DNA from: Ylistrum balloti
Taxonomy: Eukaryota
Assembly: GCF_031769215.1 (NCBI RefSeq)
Contig: NW_026782274.1
Location: forward strand, 496,001-560,000
Reading direction: 5' to 3'
Length of the DNA stretch: 64,000 nt
In this document: one piece after another, positions 45,156 through 59,778 of the stretch
How positions within the stretch are numbered: the stretch's first letter is position 1
Layout of the letters: every line of letters begins with the position of its first letter
Program-made: the position numbers and the translations under genes
Notes under the pieces: model-generated
What the model was told of the DNA's origin: nothing
Seen by the model: only the letters and a program-made list of their open reading frames with translations
Databases searched by the model: none

Positions 45156-48100
45156 ATGCCGAAATGCGAATTGTTTTATTTTAATGTTTTTGTAAATGGA
45201 CATCCTCTGAAAGAGTACACCATCGGTTCTGAGTTCTACATTGAATCTGACCTTCATACAGAGTCGTCGTATTGCATTGAGGAGCAGGATGCCGAAGGAA
45301 ACACACAGGTGAATTTTGCCCAAATAATCGTGCGTAACGAGCTCTAGGCTCGTGATGGCATGCGCTCGAACGGTACCACAGGGACTTGATGAAAGTTCCC
45401 AATTACGTCCTTGGTCTTTTCCATGATTATAAATAGCACGTGTTCAAAACAGAAAAAAATGCTTGATTAAAAAAAGAAGGTTTTTCAGCCATTCACCAGT
45501 TTACCTGTCTGTGGAAATGTTTTCTCGTATCAGAGACATATATAATGATATATACGTCTCTGCTCGTATCCATTAACCAGGTGATATTCTCACGCGGTGG
45601 AGTACGCAGTGATAGACTTGTTATGTCTGGGATATGACGCCAATTTGGAAAATTAGCAGTGGCATTGACATAAATGATGACCTTTATTACACAGATGTTA
45701 CACGAAATCTATCAAATATGACAGATGACCTGCCGACCAGTCCTCTCCATCCTTCCCTGCCCTTCGCACGTTTGACCGCCTCGCTCAGCTTCAATCCTGT
45801 CCATTCTGTGATATTGTCTTCCCATCTCTTCTTCTGTCTTCCTCTCTTTCTTCCTCCTCTGACTGTTCCCTGGAGCACTGTCTTGGCAAGCCTCTCTCCT
45901 CTTGTTACATAGCCGAACAATTTTGGTTTGCATCTCTTGGTTGTGGTGAGAAGATCTTCATAGGGATCAATGGCTTGCCTTATTCAGTTTTTGACTTCCT
46001 CATTGGTTATGTGGTCTTTGTAGGAGATGCCAAGCAGTCTTCTAAAGCAGCTCATTTCTGAGGCCTGAATTCTCCTCTCTAATTCTGCTGTCAGGGTCCA
46101 TGTTTCACAAGCATACAGGAAAACTGAGTTGACAAGGGAACGCATGAGTCTTATCTTTGAGCTGTACTTGATTGCCTTGTCCTTCCAGATGATGTTCAAC
46201 TTAGCTAGTGTTGCAGCTGGCATTGCAACTCTGGCTAGTACTTCAGGCTTGGACCCCTCATCTGAAATTATTGCTCCAAGGTATTGGAATTTCTTCACGG
46301 TTTCAAGCTTTTCTCCGTCAGTGATGTCAGTTTGGATTCCATGGTTGCTATTTGTCGTCAGTTTTGTATTGTTTGCACTGATTTCCATGCCGTAAGCTGT
46401 GGAGGATCTGTCTTGTTGCCTGACCATGTTCTCCAGTTCTTGTTCTGAGCCTTTGAGTCCATCTACATCAGCAGCAAAACGCAGGTTTGTGATTGTTCTG
46501 CCACCAATGCTGACTGTTCCTGGGTGGTCTTCAAGTACATCTGTCATAATTCTCTCAAGGAAAACATTGAAGATTGTCAGCGAGAGCAAACATCCTTGTC
46601 TCACTCCAACTGTGGTTTGGAACATGTCTCCGATGTCCCCGTTGAGGTAAACCGCACTGCTGGTTTTGTTGTATAGCTTCTGTATGACGCGGATGATGTT
46701 AGCGTTGATGTTGTAGTAGTTCGTGGTCGCCCAGAGTGCCGCATGCCACATTCTGTTGAATGCCTTCTTGAAGTCTACAAATACGTGGTAGAGTTCTTGT
46801 TGGTGTTGAAGGTATCTCTCACACAGAATCCTGAGGTTGAAGATCTGCTCAGTTGTGCTGGGTCCTGCCCTGAATCCTGCCTGCTCTTCAGCTATAATTT
46901 CTTCAGCCTGGGGTCTTAGCCTATTCAATATGATCCTGAGCATCACTTTGCTAGGATGACATTTCAGGCTGATGGTGTGGTAGTTATTGCACTGTTGTAG
47001 GTTGCCTTTCTTGGGTAGGGTGATCATTAAAGACTGGGTCCATTGTGTTGGCCACTCTCCCGTCTCCCAGATCTTCTGGCATGTAGCGCATAGATCATGG
47101 CCTCACCCCCTGCATGCACTAGTTCTCCTGGGATGTTATCAATGAATGCTGATTTTCCTTTCTTCAGGGACTTCACTGCTTCCTCCACTTCTTCTCTGAG
47201 GATGGGGAAGCTGTCTGTGTCTGTTGTCAGAGGGATGTTGAGCTTCTCTGTATCGCCTGTTGCGCGGTATGAGTATAGATATGCGGTGTACTCTGTCCAC
47301 CTGTTCAAGATGTCTTTAGACTCGGTCAGACACTTCCCGTATTTGTCGAGAATGGTGCTAGGCAGTCCTTGCTTGCAGCTGGTGAGGTTCTTCACCACTT
47401 GGTAGGCCTTCTTGGCATTGTTTGCTTCAAGGTTCCGTTCAATGTCGTTGCACTGATCAGTAATCCAGTCTTCCTTTGCCTTGAGCATGCTCATCTTGAC
47501 CTGCTTGTCTGCTTGTCTGTACTTGTCTGCTCCCTCATCACACGAAATGCAATGTCTCTTTTGTTTTTTTTATATCTCTTTAAAGCTTAATATGTGATAA
47601 AATATAAAATGTTACATTTTGCCTCAACAAAATCTGGAAATCATTCCTCTTTAACTTTTCTCTCTCTCATATTTCAACTAATGTTCAAGCTTGGTAGCCG
47701 TTATAATAACACACTATGGTATTAATTTTGTTTTCATGTTTATGGGGAAGGGATCTGGTATACATCATCCTGTGATACTTGTAGAATTTATTGTATACCT
47801 AGCAAAAATGTTCGGTCAAATTTGAGTGTCGGATAGCCTTAAAATATTGATTAAAATCTCCCAAGAAAATAGACTTAATCCAGGAGTAATTTCATGCGAA
47901 GGTTTAGATTAGGTTTAATTGATATACGCCAATTTCAAAGGTGAATGATGTTGAATCTCTGTCACCAGGCCAATTGCCATGCATCACTCTTAATACTGTA
48001 ATTCATTGAGTAGTCTCGTTTACAGGGACAAGTTCAAATAATGGTAATTAATGAAAACTAAATTATTTTTATGAAACATTTTGCATAAAAAGTGTTTTTT

Positions 48101-51100
48101 GACTTACAGAGGTACCCTGTGACACCTTTCAGTATCCATGGGTGCATTAACAACACATACGACTTCCCTATGTACCTGAAGCTGTGTGTTGATGGGCAGC
48201 AGATTTGGATGAAACCTTTTCCTCCACACAAGAAAGAGGTGTTGTAAGTGTCCTGTTTGATGCAGTAATTACCTTGATCCATGGTCCGTTCATAAAGCAT
48301 TGTTGGTATCGCTATATCTTTAGAAGTACTGAATGGATCCCTCTCACATTTTACCTTGGGGTGGGGTAAAGTTAAATAAAGTTTTCATAATGAAATTTTT
48401 GAGCATAATTTGTTTATTGTCCTTTGGGAATAGATTAAACTCAGACTTGTTAGTAGGCCTATAGGAAGACAGTTTGATGTTATGCACATATTGACTCTGA
48501 CTGACCCCAAGGGGCTGATGAGTGGGGCCAAAAAGGGTCATATTTACTTAAATTTCAAAAATCTTCCTTCTCAACATCCAAATATGGAAGAATCAAATAC
48601 TTTTCAAGGATGGAAGGCTCATAAGTTTCTTTACCAAAATTGAAAATTTCAATACTCAGGGTCTCACATTTCCCCTTGGGGATGGGGGTAAATTTCACCA
48701 TACAAAATTGTAAATTCCCTGACCCCATTGGAAGAGGGGTACAGTTTACAGTTAAAAGTTAATTTAAGAAAACTACATTTTGGAGCATGATTTGTTTATT
48801 TTCCATTCGAAATATTTCAAACTTTGTTAGAGTTATTTGTATAGGAGGATAGTTTGATGGTATGTACATGTTGATGCCAGGTGATCCCCGTGGGCTGATC
48901 TATGCGGCCAAAAGAGATAAAATTTACTAAAATTTCAAAACTCACAATCCTGAGTTATATGGTAGAATCAAATACATGTACTGACTGGATTGAAATGTCT
49001 AGAGGTACTTTACCAAAATTGTAAATTTCATGACCTAAGGGTCTCGCATTTCCCATCTTTGGGAGGAATATAAGTTTATGATAGTTATATAATTTTTTAG
49101 AAAAAATTGTTTACATTTTGTTACAAATAATTCTAAATTAGTTAGGATAACAGATTGATGGTATTGTTATGGCAGACATTTCCCTGGCTGATACCCAGGG
49201 ACTGATGAACTTGGCCAAAAAGGGTTAGATTGGCTCAAGTTTCAAAAACATCTTCTCTATACCCAAATATGGTAGAATCAAAGTCTCCATGCATGAGAGG
49301 TTTTTAAAGTGATTTACCAAAAAATGTGGATTTGATGACCCAGGGCTCTTGCATTGTCTATAAGGGAGGAGGTACAGTTTTCTGTAGTTTAAATTGTATT
49401 GGGAAACAGCAGTTTTAGGGGTAATTTCTTTTAACTTAAATCTGGTTAGTATCATGCATGGGATGGTAGTTAATGTTACGCCCAGTTTACACTTGTATTA
49501 CATGCACATTGTGTGTTATCTTACTTTGTTAACAAGATTATTTCTGTGATAAAGTTAAAGAACAACGACAGCATTGGTAGAATTCAGGGGCCTCTTGTTG
49601 TCATAAGCTGGTTTTGATGCTGTTAACTTGTTTCATTGTTTATTATTTAAGTCGGGTAAAGGGATACAAACACCAACATGTGATTCGGGAGCTGCTCTTT
49701 ACACTACCCAGGATGGATGAAAGTCATTCAGTAAGTTATTTCATAGTATAGAATATTGAAGACCTGTGTGCCTTTATATACTCTACATTTCATGTGTTAA
49801 TTCGTCAAAATTACAACAATTACAGAATACTACCTGATCGTCAACAATTTATGAAAGTTCTCGGGCCTGTTTCTTCAGGGGCCTACATATGCTGTTCAGT
49901 TTGTATATTCTACATGAATGTTTTCATGTGGTTTGGCTTTATTGATGTTATCTCAGATTGTGAAAACAATTTTTTTATTTTATTTTATTTAAAGTTTAAG
50001 GGGACATAAGTTAGCTTTTTAGCAGCTGCATTCTTCAAGGGATTTTGATCAAAATTCACACATTTATGTAGGCTGTAATATCATGGAAAAGTTTGAGTTA
50101 CAGTGTTGATAGTTCATATCTACATCTTTTTAAAACATGAAATTAATTTTTCTCTGGGACTGTGTACATTGTTTTGAAACTTGACATAACATTTATCCTA
50201 AGTAATACTAAATTGCTTGGTGATTGGTAGATCAGTGTGACATATCTTTTAATTGGTTGGACTTGGCATTCACTTTGGTTTCTAACCATAAGAGGTAATT
50301 TTTCCAGTGTTAATCAAATATCATTTCAAACTAATAAAGGACCACAAAAGTCAAGTCATTGTTATTATTTTAATTAAATCTTTGTCAGCTGTCTAAAGGT
50401 TACTTTAATTTGGAGATTTTTGTCGAGCTTCATGCACTTGTCTATCCATTTCTCATCAAACACGCTCGATTCTTGAGGGGATCTGTATTGCTTGTGATGA
50501 ATCTTTTGATTTATGTTTTTATCTTTGTGTAGCCTCAAAAAAAGAGACAGAAGAGTGGTGATAAGTCCACAACAGAGAGTGAAGCTGATAACTTGCAGGG
50601 TACCATTAGCATGCAGTGTATAGAAGCAAAGGCAGTTGGTACATTTACCACCTGTGGAACCACATTCTTAGAAGCCAGATCAGCAGAGCTGTCTTCATGC
50701 CCAAGCTTATGTCAGTCATCGAAGAAACATGGTAGGTCATTGACTAATCAGTCAATAAGTTTATATCAGCCTCTCGTGATGACAAACACTTGTCCTGTAC
50801 ATGTACACATTGTAGTGTTATTGATTCATTTTAGTTTTATATTGTGCTAAAACATGATTTGCTAATGTGACAAAAGATGAGCTAAAATTTGATTGTGTTA
50901 AATCAAGTTCATTTACAGTATACAAATACCATATATATCTGGCCAGGCTTTTTTCCTGGTATCTACTCTATACTAATCACTTAATATGTTTGATTGACAG
51001 ATACCTAAAACATTATGACCATTAGTTATCATTATCAATATTTCTATACAGAAAGTTGTATATAACATGTTATGAGTAGTTGTGTGTAGTCTACAGGTGT

Positions 51101-53148
51101 TCCTTATAGAGACCCATACTAAATTGAAGTTATTGGGTATTATTTTGAAATAACATTTTCTCCTGAATGGTCTGTCATAGCAAGAAATGAAGATAGGGCC
51201 TCAACATATGCATTGCATATAGTACATAGAAATCAAAACTTGTACCTCATTCCAGATGGCTATGATTGCTGTCATCGTTAAAAATTTGATATTGCTATTT
51301 CAGCTAAATTAAGATTGAAACATGACAGTGGCCTCCATCTTGAGAATCTTTTATTGTTTCTTATTGCATTGAGACAGGACTTTCACTGATCATCCAAATG
51401 GGAAATTAGACTTGTGTGACATGAAGGCCATAACTGAAAGCTACCTTTGCAATGCAAAAAGTTTTACACAGATAGATTAACAGTTCTGTTTAAAACATTT
51501 TTTTTCTCATCAGAATTTCTTGCAACAGCATAGCTACAGTAATGTAGAATCATTTGAAAGAATTTACAGAAAGCAATACAAGTATAAAGAAAAAGAAAAT
51601 ACTTTCTGTTACCATAGAGACAGAGCTCCAACAAGAAAATATGTATATAGTTTGTGCTAACCAAAATTCAGACCAATGTGACATTCAAGATGGCTGCTAC
51701 GACAGCCATCTTTAAAATTACTGTAAGTATTAGTAGTAATAGTAACCACTACCACTCTTAAATAAATTCGGATACAGAGACAGGGACTTCATGAGTGTTT
51801 AGGACAGGGTCAACTTTTGGTCAAAATGGATCCATATGACATTTACGATGGTGGCTATGGCCATTGTGTTGGGCCCACTCTCTATGGTCATACCTTAATT
51901 CAAACTGGCCACATTCTGACAAAAAAAAAATTATCTTTTTATTTTCTGAACAGAAACTCTGACTCAGATAGGACTTTTTTCCACTTAGGCTTAAACATTC
52001 ATATGCATGTGTCAAGTCGCATTCTAGACCACCACCGTAACTGCCATCTTAATATACTTAAAAACCTGTTATTGCTTATTCTTTTAAGCGGAAAGGTGTA
52101 TTGAGTGGGGACTTTACCTGACAAGTTTCCAGAAAGAGTTCTTAATGAAATTTGGATCTCAAGGCCATATATTGATGAAAAATTTTGGAATTTACAGCAG
52201 ATGATAACAATAAAGATTTACTGACAATTATGTAGGTAATTCCTTTCATTATTTTATTAGTTGACCACAGTCCTCTCATCTGTTTAGTGAAAAATCAAAC
52301 ACCAGTAGAGTGTTGGCCTGTTCTATCAGAATTTCTCATAAATGAAAGTGTATTTTCTGTATGTTTCAGGAAATGTTGGTGTTTCAACCCGAGAAGGCCG
52401 AAGTCTATATCATGTAAGCCAAGACCACAACAGAAGGAAAACAATGGTGAGGTACAAAGTAGGCCAGCACCATTTTGAAGGAGTAGTTATAAAGTACCGC
52501 CCTCGCTACACACTTCAGGAGCTGGGCATAACAGACGAGGCCTGGAACTCTATCAACACCTCCAGGCAGAAATCTCAAAACATAGATACAAATGATTCCA
52601 AATCAAATGTTAAACAACAAGGAGCAGACGAAGAGGTTGGTAATGAGAATGTAGATCCAAACGTCAATGAACCTCTAGATTTTACTGACAAGTTCAGGAA
52701 AATGAATTGCTACACCCCAACACCAAGCTCTGGATCAGCTGATCAGGAATCTCAAGGCATTAATGGTGGACGTTTATTCTGCCTATCACCTCGTGCTAAA
52801 CATAAAATGTCTGTAGATTCCCCTTCTGCCATGAAAATGCACATGAACTCCCCAGCTGATTTTCAGAAATTGAATATCTTCTCACCAAGTGATAGCAATA
52901 AAGTTGGAAAAACAGATGTAAACTCACCATCGGAACTACTGCATAAATCTCAACGAAGATGTGTTCAGGTGGAAAAACAGTTAAAGGATGACGACAATAA
53001 GCAGTTCCGACTGATTGAAATCGATGACGATGTACAGATTCTTGAGGAGGTCGATGATGATGTCATCTGGATGGGTGATGATAGCTGCTGTTTCCTCGAT
53101 ATCTCGGAACCGGACATCTCCATGGTGGACCTGAGCGAGGACATATAG
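45156..53148 (+). CDS. Uncharacterised 447-aa protein. Exons 45156-45308, 48110-48243, 49652-49730, 50533-50731, 52370-53148
   Basis: Five GT-AG exons join in phase (1344 nt). Beta-rich N-terminal domain (VFVNGHPLKEY, LKLCVDGQ, IRELLF, KYRPRYTLQELGI), low-complexity S/P/D/N C-terminal half, acidic hydrophobic tail. Confidence 0.8.
45687..47560 (-). mobile_element. 5'-truncated RTE-clade LINE in intron 1 of the uncharacterised gene (antisense)
   Basis: RT ORF 47027-45984 (EEQAGFR, FVDFKKAF, GVRQGC, LRFAADVD, FQYLG); RTE-type tail FGYVTR..GGRKRGRQKKRWED; frameshifts at ORF junctions; catalytic xADD degraded. Confidence 0.92.
48340..49450. repeat. Three degenerate copies of a 300-400-bp interspersed repeat unit
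   Basis: GGGCTGAT..GGCCAAAA..AAATTTCAAAA..ATATGG(A/T)AGAATCAAA recurs near 48510, 48890 and 49200. Confidence 0.6.
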
Positions 53149-56127
53149 ACAAGGACAGAGCAAAAAAAGCACAAGGATTTTCATGATGAAAGTGAAGTAC
53201 TGCTGGAAAGAACTTGAACTTGAGTGAATTCTTGCTTTTTAAATTGATTAACATAATTCCAAAGGTAAAATCATATTTTACAGGACTTGTTAATTTCAAA
53301 AAGTCTTGGATAATAGATAACCATTGTATATTAGTAATGTACTCAAAAGAATATGAAACCTAGTGCTATGCTCATGTGTGTTCATGTGTTTATATATACA
53401 CACTGTTATACATAACTGGCTGTACTGCAGTTATATAAATGGTGCTTACTTCTATATTTCAGAATGAAAGTACGTCATACAGTACTTCAATAGTACTCCT
53501 TTATCATTGATAAACCTTTTTCTACTTTGCTTGTCTAGATTATAACAGTTTCTTTCCTAGAGTTGTTAAGATTTTGGTGGAGGTGGGGTAGGAGTGATGT
53601 ACCTTGTTGGTGGTGCTCCCAGTGCCATATAGAGTTTTTGTACTTGGTGTGGGCGTGTATACTCTAAGTACACTTTACGTGTCCAGATTACATTCCCATC
53701 TGACCAAGTGATCAAATTTGTTCAGTATTCTGAATATGAATCTGGTCTTTCTTCTTTCCTTTATGCCTCTCAGCTTTATCTTATTTTTTCCTGTAATTTT
53801 TTATTACAAAATTTCTCATCTTTTCCTCCTTCTTTCATTCCATCCTGTGTATTTAACTTTTTTCTCACATAAACCTTTGGTAAATGTTTGTTGGCTTTGG
53901 TACAGTACACATTTGATAATGAAATGTCCCTGATTTGTAACCAATACAAAGCCAAACAGTGTGTTGTACAATATATCATTCAACGGAGGTAACTGTTGAT
54001 ATATAAACTATACTGTAGAAGTTCATTTAATTTCAGCCAATACCGGAATCAGTCGATGGTGATGGCACGTTGGTCTCAAAGTCATACTGATAGATAAAAT
54101 AGTGTGTGGAAAAGCCAAAAGTTGACTGAATCTTGTAAATGAAAACAAAATAAAGTGTTTTTATAATGAATAAGTCTAAGGCAAATTTGATAAACATCAG
54201 TTCCTTTTAAAGGCTTAAATTTCTTTAATTATTTCTGGTATTGCATACTGTAACTCATCCTTAAGGCATAGAATGAGCTGATGGTAGTCTACAGATAATC
54301 TGATACAGTTTGATATTAGCTTGTAAATGTTTTTATTTACTGTTATAAACATCAATGATTTTTTACTGCAAATTAACACAGGTTTAAAGTGACATCACAG
54401 GAAAACAATTTTTTCTATTATTATTATTGCATATATATAAATATCAAGTGTATCACCTCATGAACTATGAGATGTTTTTCACTGAAATATGCACATAAAG
54501 ATTTCAATTTATAATTATAGAAAGGAACTCCTTATCTGTTGATCAACAGTCTGGACATGTAAATTTTAGCTTCATATATATATGTATATATATATGGAAT
54601 CAATGAGACAATGTTGGCAATTGATGTCACTTATTTTGTAATTCTGAATTGACTTACAGGTATCAAATAATATTTACTTAACCCATAGCAATTCTCGATG
54701 TTGAAAAACAGAATTTTACTTACTGTGTCACTGCTGTCTATGTCATTTCTGTCTGCCATCATGTGTTTGTGTTTACAAAACAAACTGCCTCATTTCCATG
54801 TTAATGTTGTTATCATTTAATTTGAGAGGGGTGTCCCGAACCAAAGAGGTGGTCATGCTGGACATTACAAAATGACTGAATGTTGGGATAGTATAGAAAC
54901 ATAAATAGAAGTATAAAAAACGTGTACAATCATTAACAAAATCAAGGGTTTACTGCGATTCACCTTTAACAGTGTGAAATTGAAAGAATCTAACATTTGG
55001 TCCAAGAATCTAAATGGATTAAAATAATTGGAATATCATTAAATGCCATGGTGTGGTAACAATATAATGTTGACATTCTCTTGCAAATCTCATTTTTAAC
55101 TGATTTCTGAAACTTGCATTGCTTTAATTTTAGTTATCCTTCCTTATATCAATTTGCAAGAAGTTTTGTTTCATTTTGTTTGTTTTTTTTGTCCGATGTT
55201 TCAGTCTTGTCCAGGGGACTGCCTTCTCACATTTCAATCATGTATGTAACACTTCAACTGCTTCATTATCACGACATGTTTTACTTTTGTAAGCTGATTT
55301 GCTCTGTAACTTTTATACACCTAATTTATTGTGTTTTGATACAAGAATGTATTAGTTTGGTGTGGAATTAATTTTATTTCTCATCATTAATTTTGTTTCC
55401 ACATAGGTTGTGGGTAGCCACTGTACAACAGATTCCTCTTGATTTGTTTTGGTGCAGGTTACACATTGTTGACATTTTTGTGTTCACAAACTACATTTCA
55501 GTTTTAATACACAGATCTTTTTGTTTCAAAACATTATGAGCAATTTCAGGTTATCTTGACCAGCATATATGTTTTGCCATAAACTTTAATTCAAAGTAAA
55601 TCTATGAGTTTCATATTGTACATATGTTATGTAGATCATCAGAGATTTATCCTCTGTAAATTTATTTGTGTATCACTGTCTGAACATTATGAAAAATAAA
55701 AATCTATACCACAGAGACTTGGCATGAATTCCCAACCTACTGTCCGTATATATGTAATAATTCATATATATATGATACATGTATTGTAAAACACATACAT
55801 TTTGATATATGGATAGTGGGTTAGAATTTGTCCCTGTGATATCTACAGATGTTTTATATCCATATACCAGGTAACATCCTTGTTCAAGTCAAATGTCAGG
55901 TGACAGGTCTCTATATGTGCTTTAACTTGCCTAATCCAACATGAAAAACTATGTTCTCATTGATGGAAATATATTATCCTCAAAATCAAGTTATTTGTTG
56001 TTTTTATATATAAAGATTTTTCTTGTGTTCATGTATTTCTCTTCATCGCATCCAACTAAACATCACTTAAATTCAGATCATGTTGACACATTGGGAATAA
56101 ATAACACATCCAAACAAATATGATTGC

Positions 56128-57050
56128 TTAAGATGTCCTTGAGACCTAAAGACTGGGCAAGGTGTCCTTAAGATTGATTAAAATGTTCTCAGGACCTGGA
56201 ATGATGTCCTGGAGACTGGGCAAGGTGTCCTTAAGATTGATTAAGATGTTCTCAGGACCTGGAATGATGTCCTGGAGACTGGGCAAGGTGTCCTTAAGAT
56301 TGATTAAGATGTTCTCAGGACCTGGAATGATGTCCTGGAGACTGGGCAACTTGTCCTGGAGACTAGTCATGGCATCCTTTAGACTAAATAAGATGTTCTC
56401 AGGACCTGGAATGGTGTCCTGGAGACTGGGTAATGTGTCCTAGAGACTGGAATGTGTCCTTTAGATTAATGAAGATGTTGTCAGGATCTGAAATAATGTC
56501 CTGGAGAGTGGGCAAGGTGTCCTTAAATTAATTAAGATGTTCTCGGGACCTGGAATGATGTCCTGAAGACTGGGCAATGTGTCCTTAAGATTGATTAAGA
56601 TGTTGTCAGGACTTGGAATGTTGTCCTAGAGATGAGGCAACCTGTCATGAAGATTGGGAAAGTTGTCCTTTAGATTGATCAAGATGTTCTCGGGACCTAG
56701 AAGGATGTCCTGGAGACTGGCAAGGTGTCCTTGAGATTGGCGAAGTTGTTCTCAGGACCTGGAATTATGTCCTGGAGAATGGGTAAAATGACTTTGATAG
56801 CAGCAAGCCTGTCCTAAAAACTAGTTAAGGTGTTCTTCAGAGAGCAGGGAAGATGTCCTTGAGACCTAAATTGAGGTCAAAGTGACCAGGCTAAAATGGC
56901 CTTGAGTCAGTGTAAGATGTCGTAGAGACCAGAAAATATTTCATTGAGACAAGGAAGGATATCTGGAGGTTGGATAAGATATCCTGGAGACAGAAAAGAT
57001 GTTCTGAAGACCACGAAGAACGTCCTCTGGACAGGTTTAAGATGTCCTAC
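56128..57050 (+). repeat. Minisatellite: 21-bp monomers organised as a 63-bp higher-order unit, decaying rightwards
   Basis: GGTGTCCTTAAGATTGATT at 56161, 56224, 56287. Each unit has three related 21-mers (GTGTCCTTAAGA.., ATGTTCTCAGGA.., ATGTCCTGGAGA..). Confidence 0.92.
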
Positions 57051-59778
57051 TGATTAAAGTTTTCTTCTATTTACCATATTCCTCATTTTATGAAAAGAAA
57101 AACAAAGATTGCCTGGTTAATGCATGTGGTAGTCTTTAATTTATTCCAAGCCTTAAGTTATATTGAAGTATGGCACACAGTTAACATGATATTTCTGCTA
57201 CTTCTATGTCAAAAAGGACATGACAATAACATTAGACAACATGACATTTACACCAGACGACATGTGTTTGTTGTTTATATGATACTTCAAGTTGAGGTTC
57301 CAGCTTTTTTTCAATAGAATTTTAGTGTAGAGATTTACCACGAAGATTTATATTGACTTTAATACAAAGAAAATACATGGCAGTTTTTTTATATTGTTAC
57401 CGGTACTACAGAAGTGCACAAATGTCACAGTAGCACATTGGATAGTTTGTAGTTTCCTCTTTTACGAGGAATAAATTGAGTATACTAGCTGTCATAGAAC
57501 TGTAATAGAAATCTTTCAAATGTCACAGCTATTGATGACATTAGAACTCTTTATTGGAAGTAAACTAGTGTTTGGACTTGCCTCTTTTAACATGTACAAC
57601 ACTTTTAACATAACCTGCATTACTGTCCGTTTTCTTCTACATGGCACGATTGAACCTTAGTGGTTTTACCACAAACAGGTCTATTCTGTATTTATCATCA
57701 CATGTAAAATTGACCTGTTCTGACTTTACAGGTATGTAAATGTTTGAGACCTTAACTTAGTTTGTAATATCAACAATTTAGAAAAATAAATGCAACAATA
57801 AATACAGATACTGATAATTATGTTTGATTATTGTGCCACAGTTCAGTAAAAATAACACTCAAAGTTCAAGCTACACACATAATCATAAATACAGTCATAA
57901 ACGACTACATATCTATTGATTTACTTGCCGTCATGTTTCCAGCGAAATATGTATGATGTATAATTCCCAAAATGTTTCCAACAGTACAAAAATTAATTGT
58001 ATGAAAACAAAAAATAACTACAGAATTTCATTAATATCCTGAGAAAACAAAATTTGTGCAAATTTTTAAATGGAGATGGAGCAAATAAATATACAATTTG
58101 GTTCATGTCAAGGAATTTGACAAATACAGTTTAACTTCGCTATCTCAAACTCCTACAACTCCAAGTATTTCTTCTGTTCCACACAGACTTTTCACTGAAC
58201 ATTTTATCTCACTTAAATCAAATACATGGATAACTCGAAGTTTTCTAATGGTCCTGCCGACTTTGAAATAACAAATTTCGACTGTACATCAGTCTGTCAT
58301 TTTATAATAAGGCACATAGGCATTAAGTATGAATCAATAGTTTGCGAATAAAAATCTAAAAATGAGATTAAATATTGCAGAAATGTACATTCCAACTCTT
58401 GAAACTTCATGCTATTTTTTATTTACAGAATATCTCTTCCTCACGTCCACATTTTTGTAACATTTTCACAAGTCTACATTCAATGGTGTGAGTCATGCTG
58501 AAAAATTGTTAGTATTATGACCCACGTCTGAAGTTTCAGAAGATTTTTAGGTTGAGGTAATAATGACTAGAGTGGAGCATGGTTCAGGGACAGAACCTTG
58601 TTTCTATACCTCAGTAGGTATCATTCAGCTTCCAGGGTATCAAAAAATAATCCAAACTGTTGTAAAAACATGATATACCACACATGGTTTAACACTTCAG
58701 CATACTTTGGCTGACAGGATGAACTTTATTGAAAGGGCACTTCACACTCTTATGGAAGTTAGAAAACACAATAAGTGGTTCACAATTCTTTTTGTAATAA
58801 TTTGACTTTACATGGATTTCTATCCTTTTTTCTCTCTTAATAATGAAAATAATACACCAATTTATTTCTAGTTGTAATTCATCACTTACATCTCCATGTA
58901 CAATTAGCAGCATTTCACTAAAGGTCATAACATTTCACCCTTCATATCATTTCAGCCTAACTGATGCTTAACAAAACATGGGTACAAAACAGGTTAATTT
59001 AACCTTGGGATAGCATTTCCATTGTGGTAGCAACACATCACACAAACTCATGGTTGTTATGTATGGTATTTCTCTCACTCTTATTTTAAAAACTTCAAAA
59101 ACACTTGCTAAAGCCTGTTTTTGCATAACTTCTAAAAAAAATAACTCACTCAAAGGAAAGCAATATCAAATACCACAACCATTCATTGTGTAACCTCTAT
59201 TAATATCTGGCAAAGTTCCAGTTTTCCCACTTAATCACACTTTGTCAATTATCAAACAGATAAAAGAAGTCGAGGATCACCAATGAAATTTTCAAATCCA
59301 ATGTATGGAACATCACACATCATAGCAGAGGCTCATTTTAAAATTCATTTTACATCACAGTCTCCATGATATTCGTTTGGTTAAACTAAAAAATCTCAAA
59401 GACTTTGAAAGCTGCCAATTACAAAGGATTAACAGAAATGACACTTGTTTCAAGTATCTAATGGTGGTAACAGAACAATTTTTTTAACATGTTAATCATA
59501 AAAAAAACATTACCTGATGATGTCAACACACTAAAACACTACTTAAATAGAACAAAACATAACTTTTATATTTACACGATGTACCATTAAATACAAAGAT
59601 GTTTGTAAATACAGAAATATCTGGTTCAGTATAAATAATGGTGGCAGAAAAAGACAATTATTTGTATATATAAGGATTACCCAAATAAAACAGAAATATG
59701 TAAATATGGATATGTTTAACACACTGTATATATTATGACAAAACAAATTATTATGCTAGTATTAATTATCTACCCTTG

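Noticed and set aside
51670-52250. CAAGATGGC..GCCATCTT-containing segment and its short ORFs
   Set aside because: Looks like a common interspersed repeat within an intron. No TIR, TSD or coding signal I can define.
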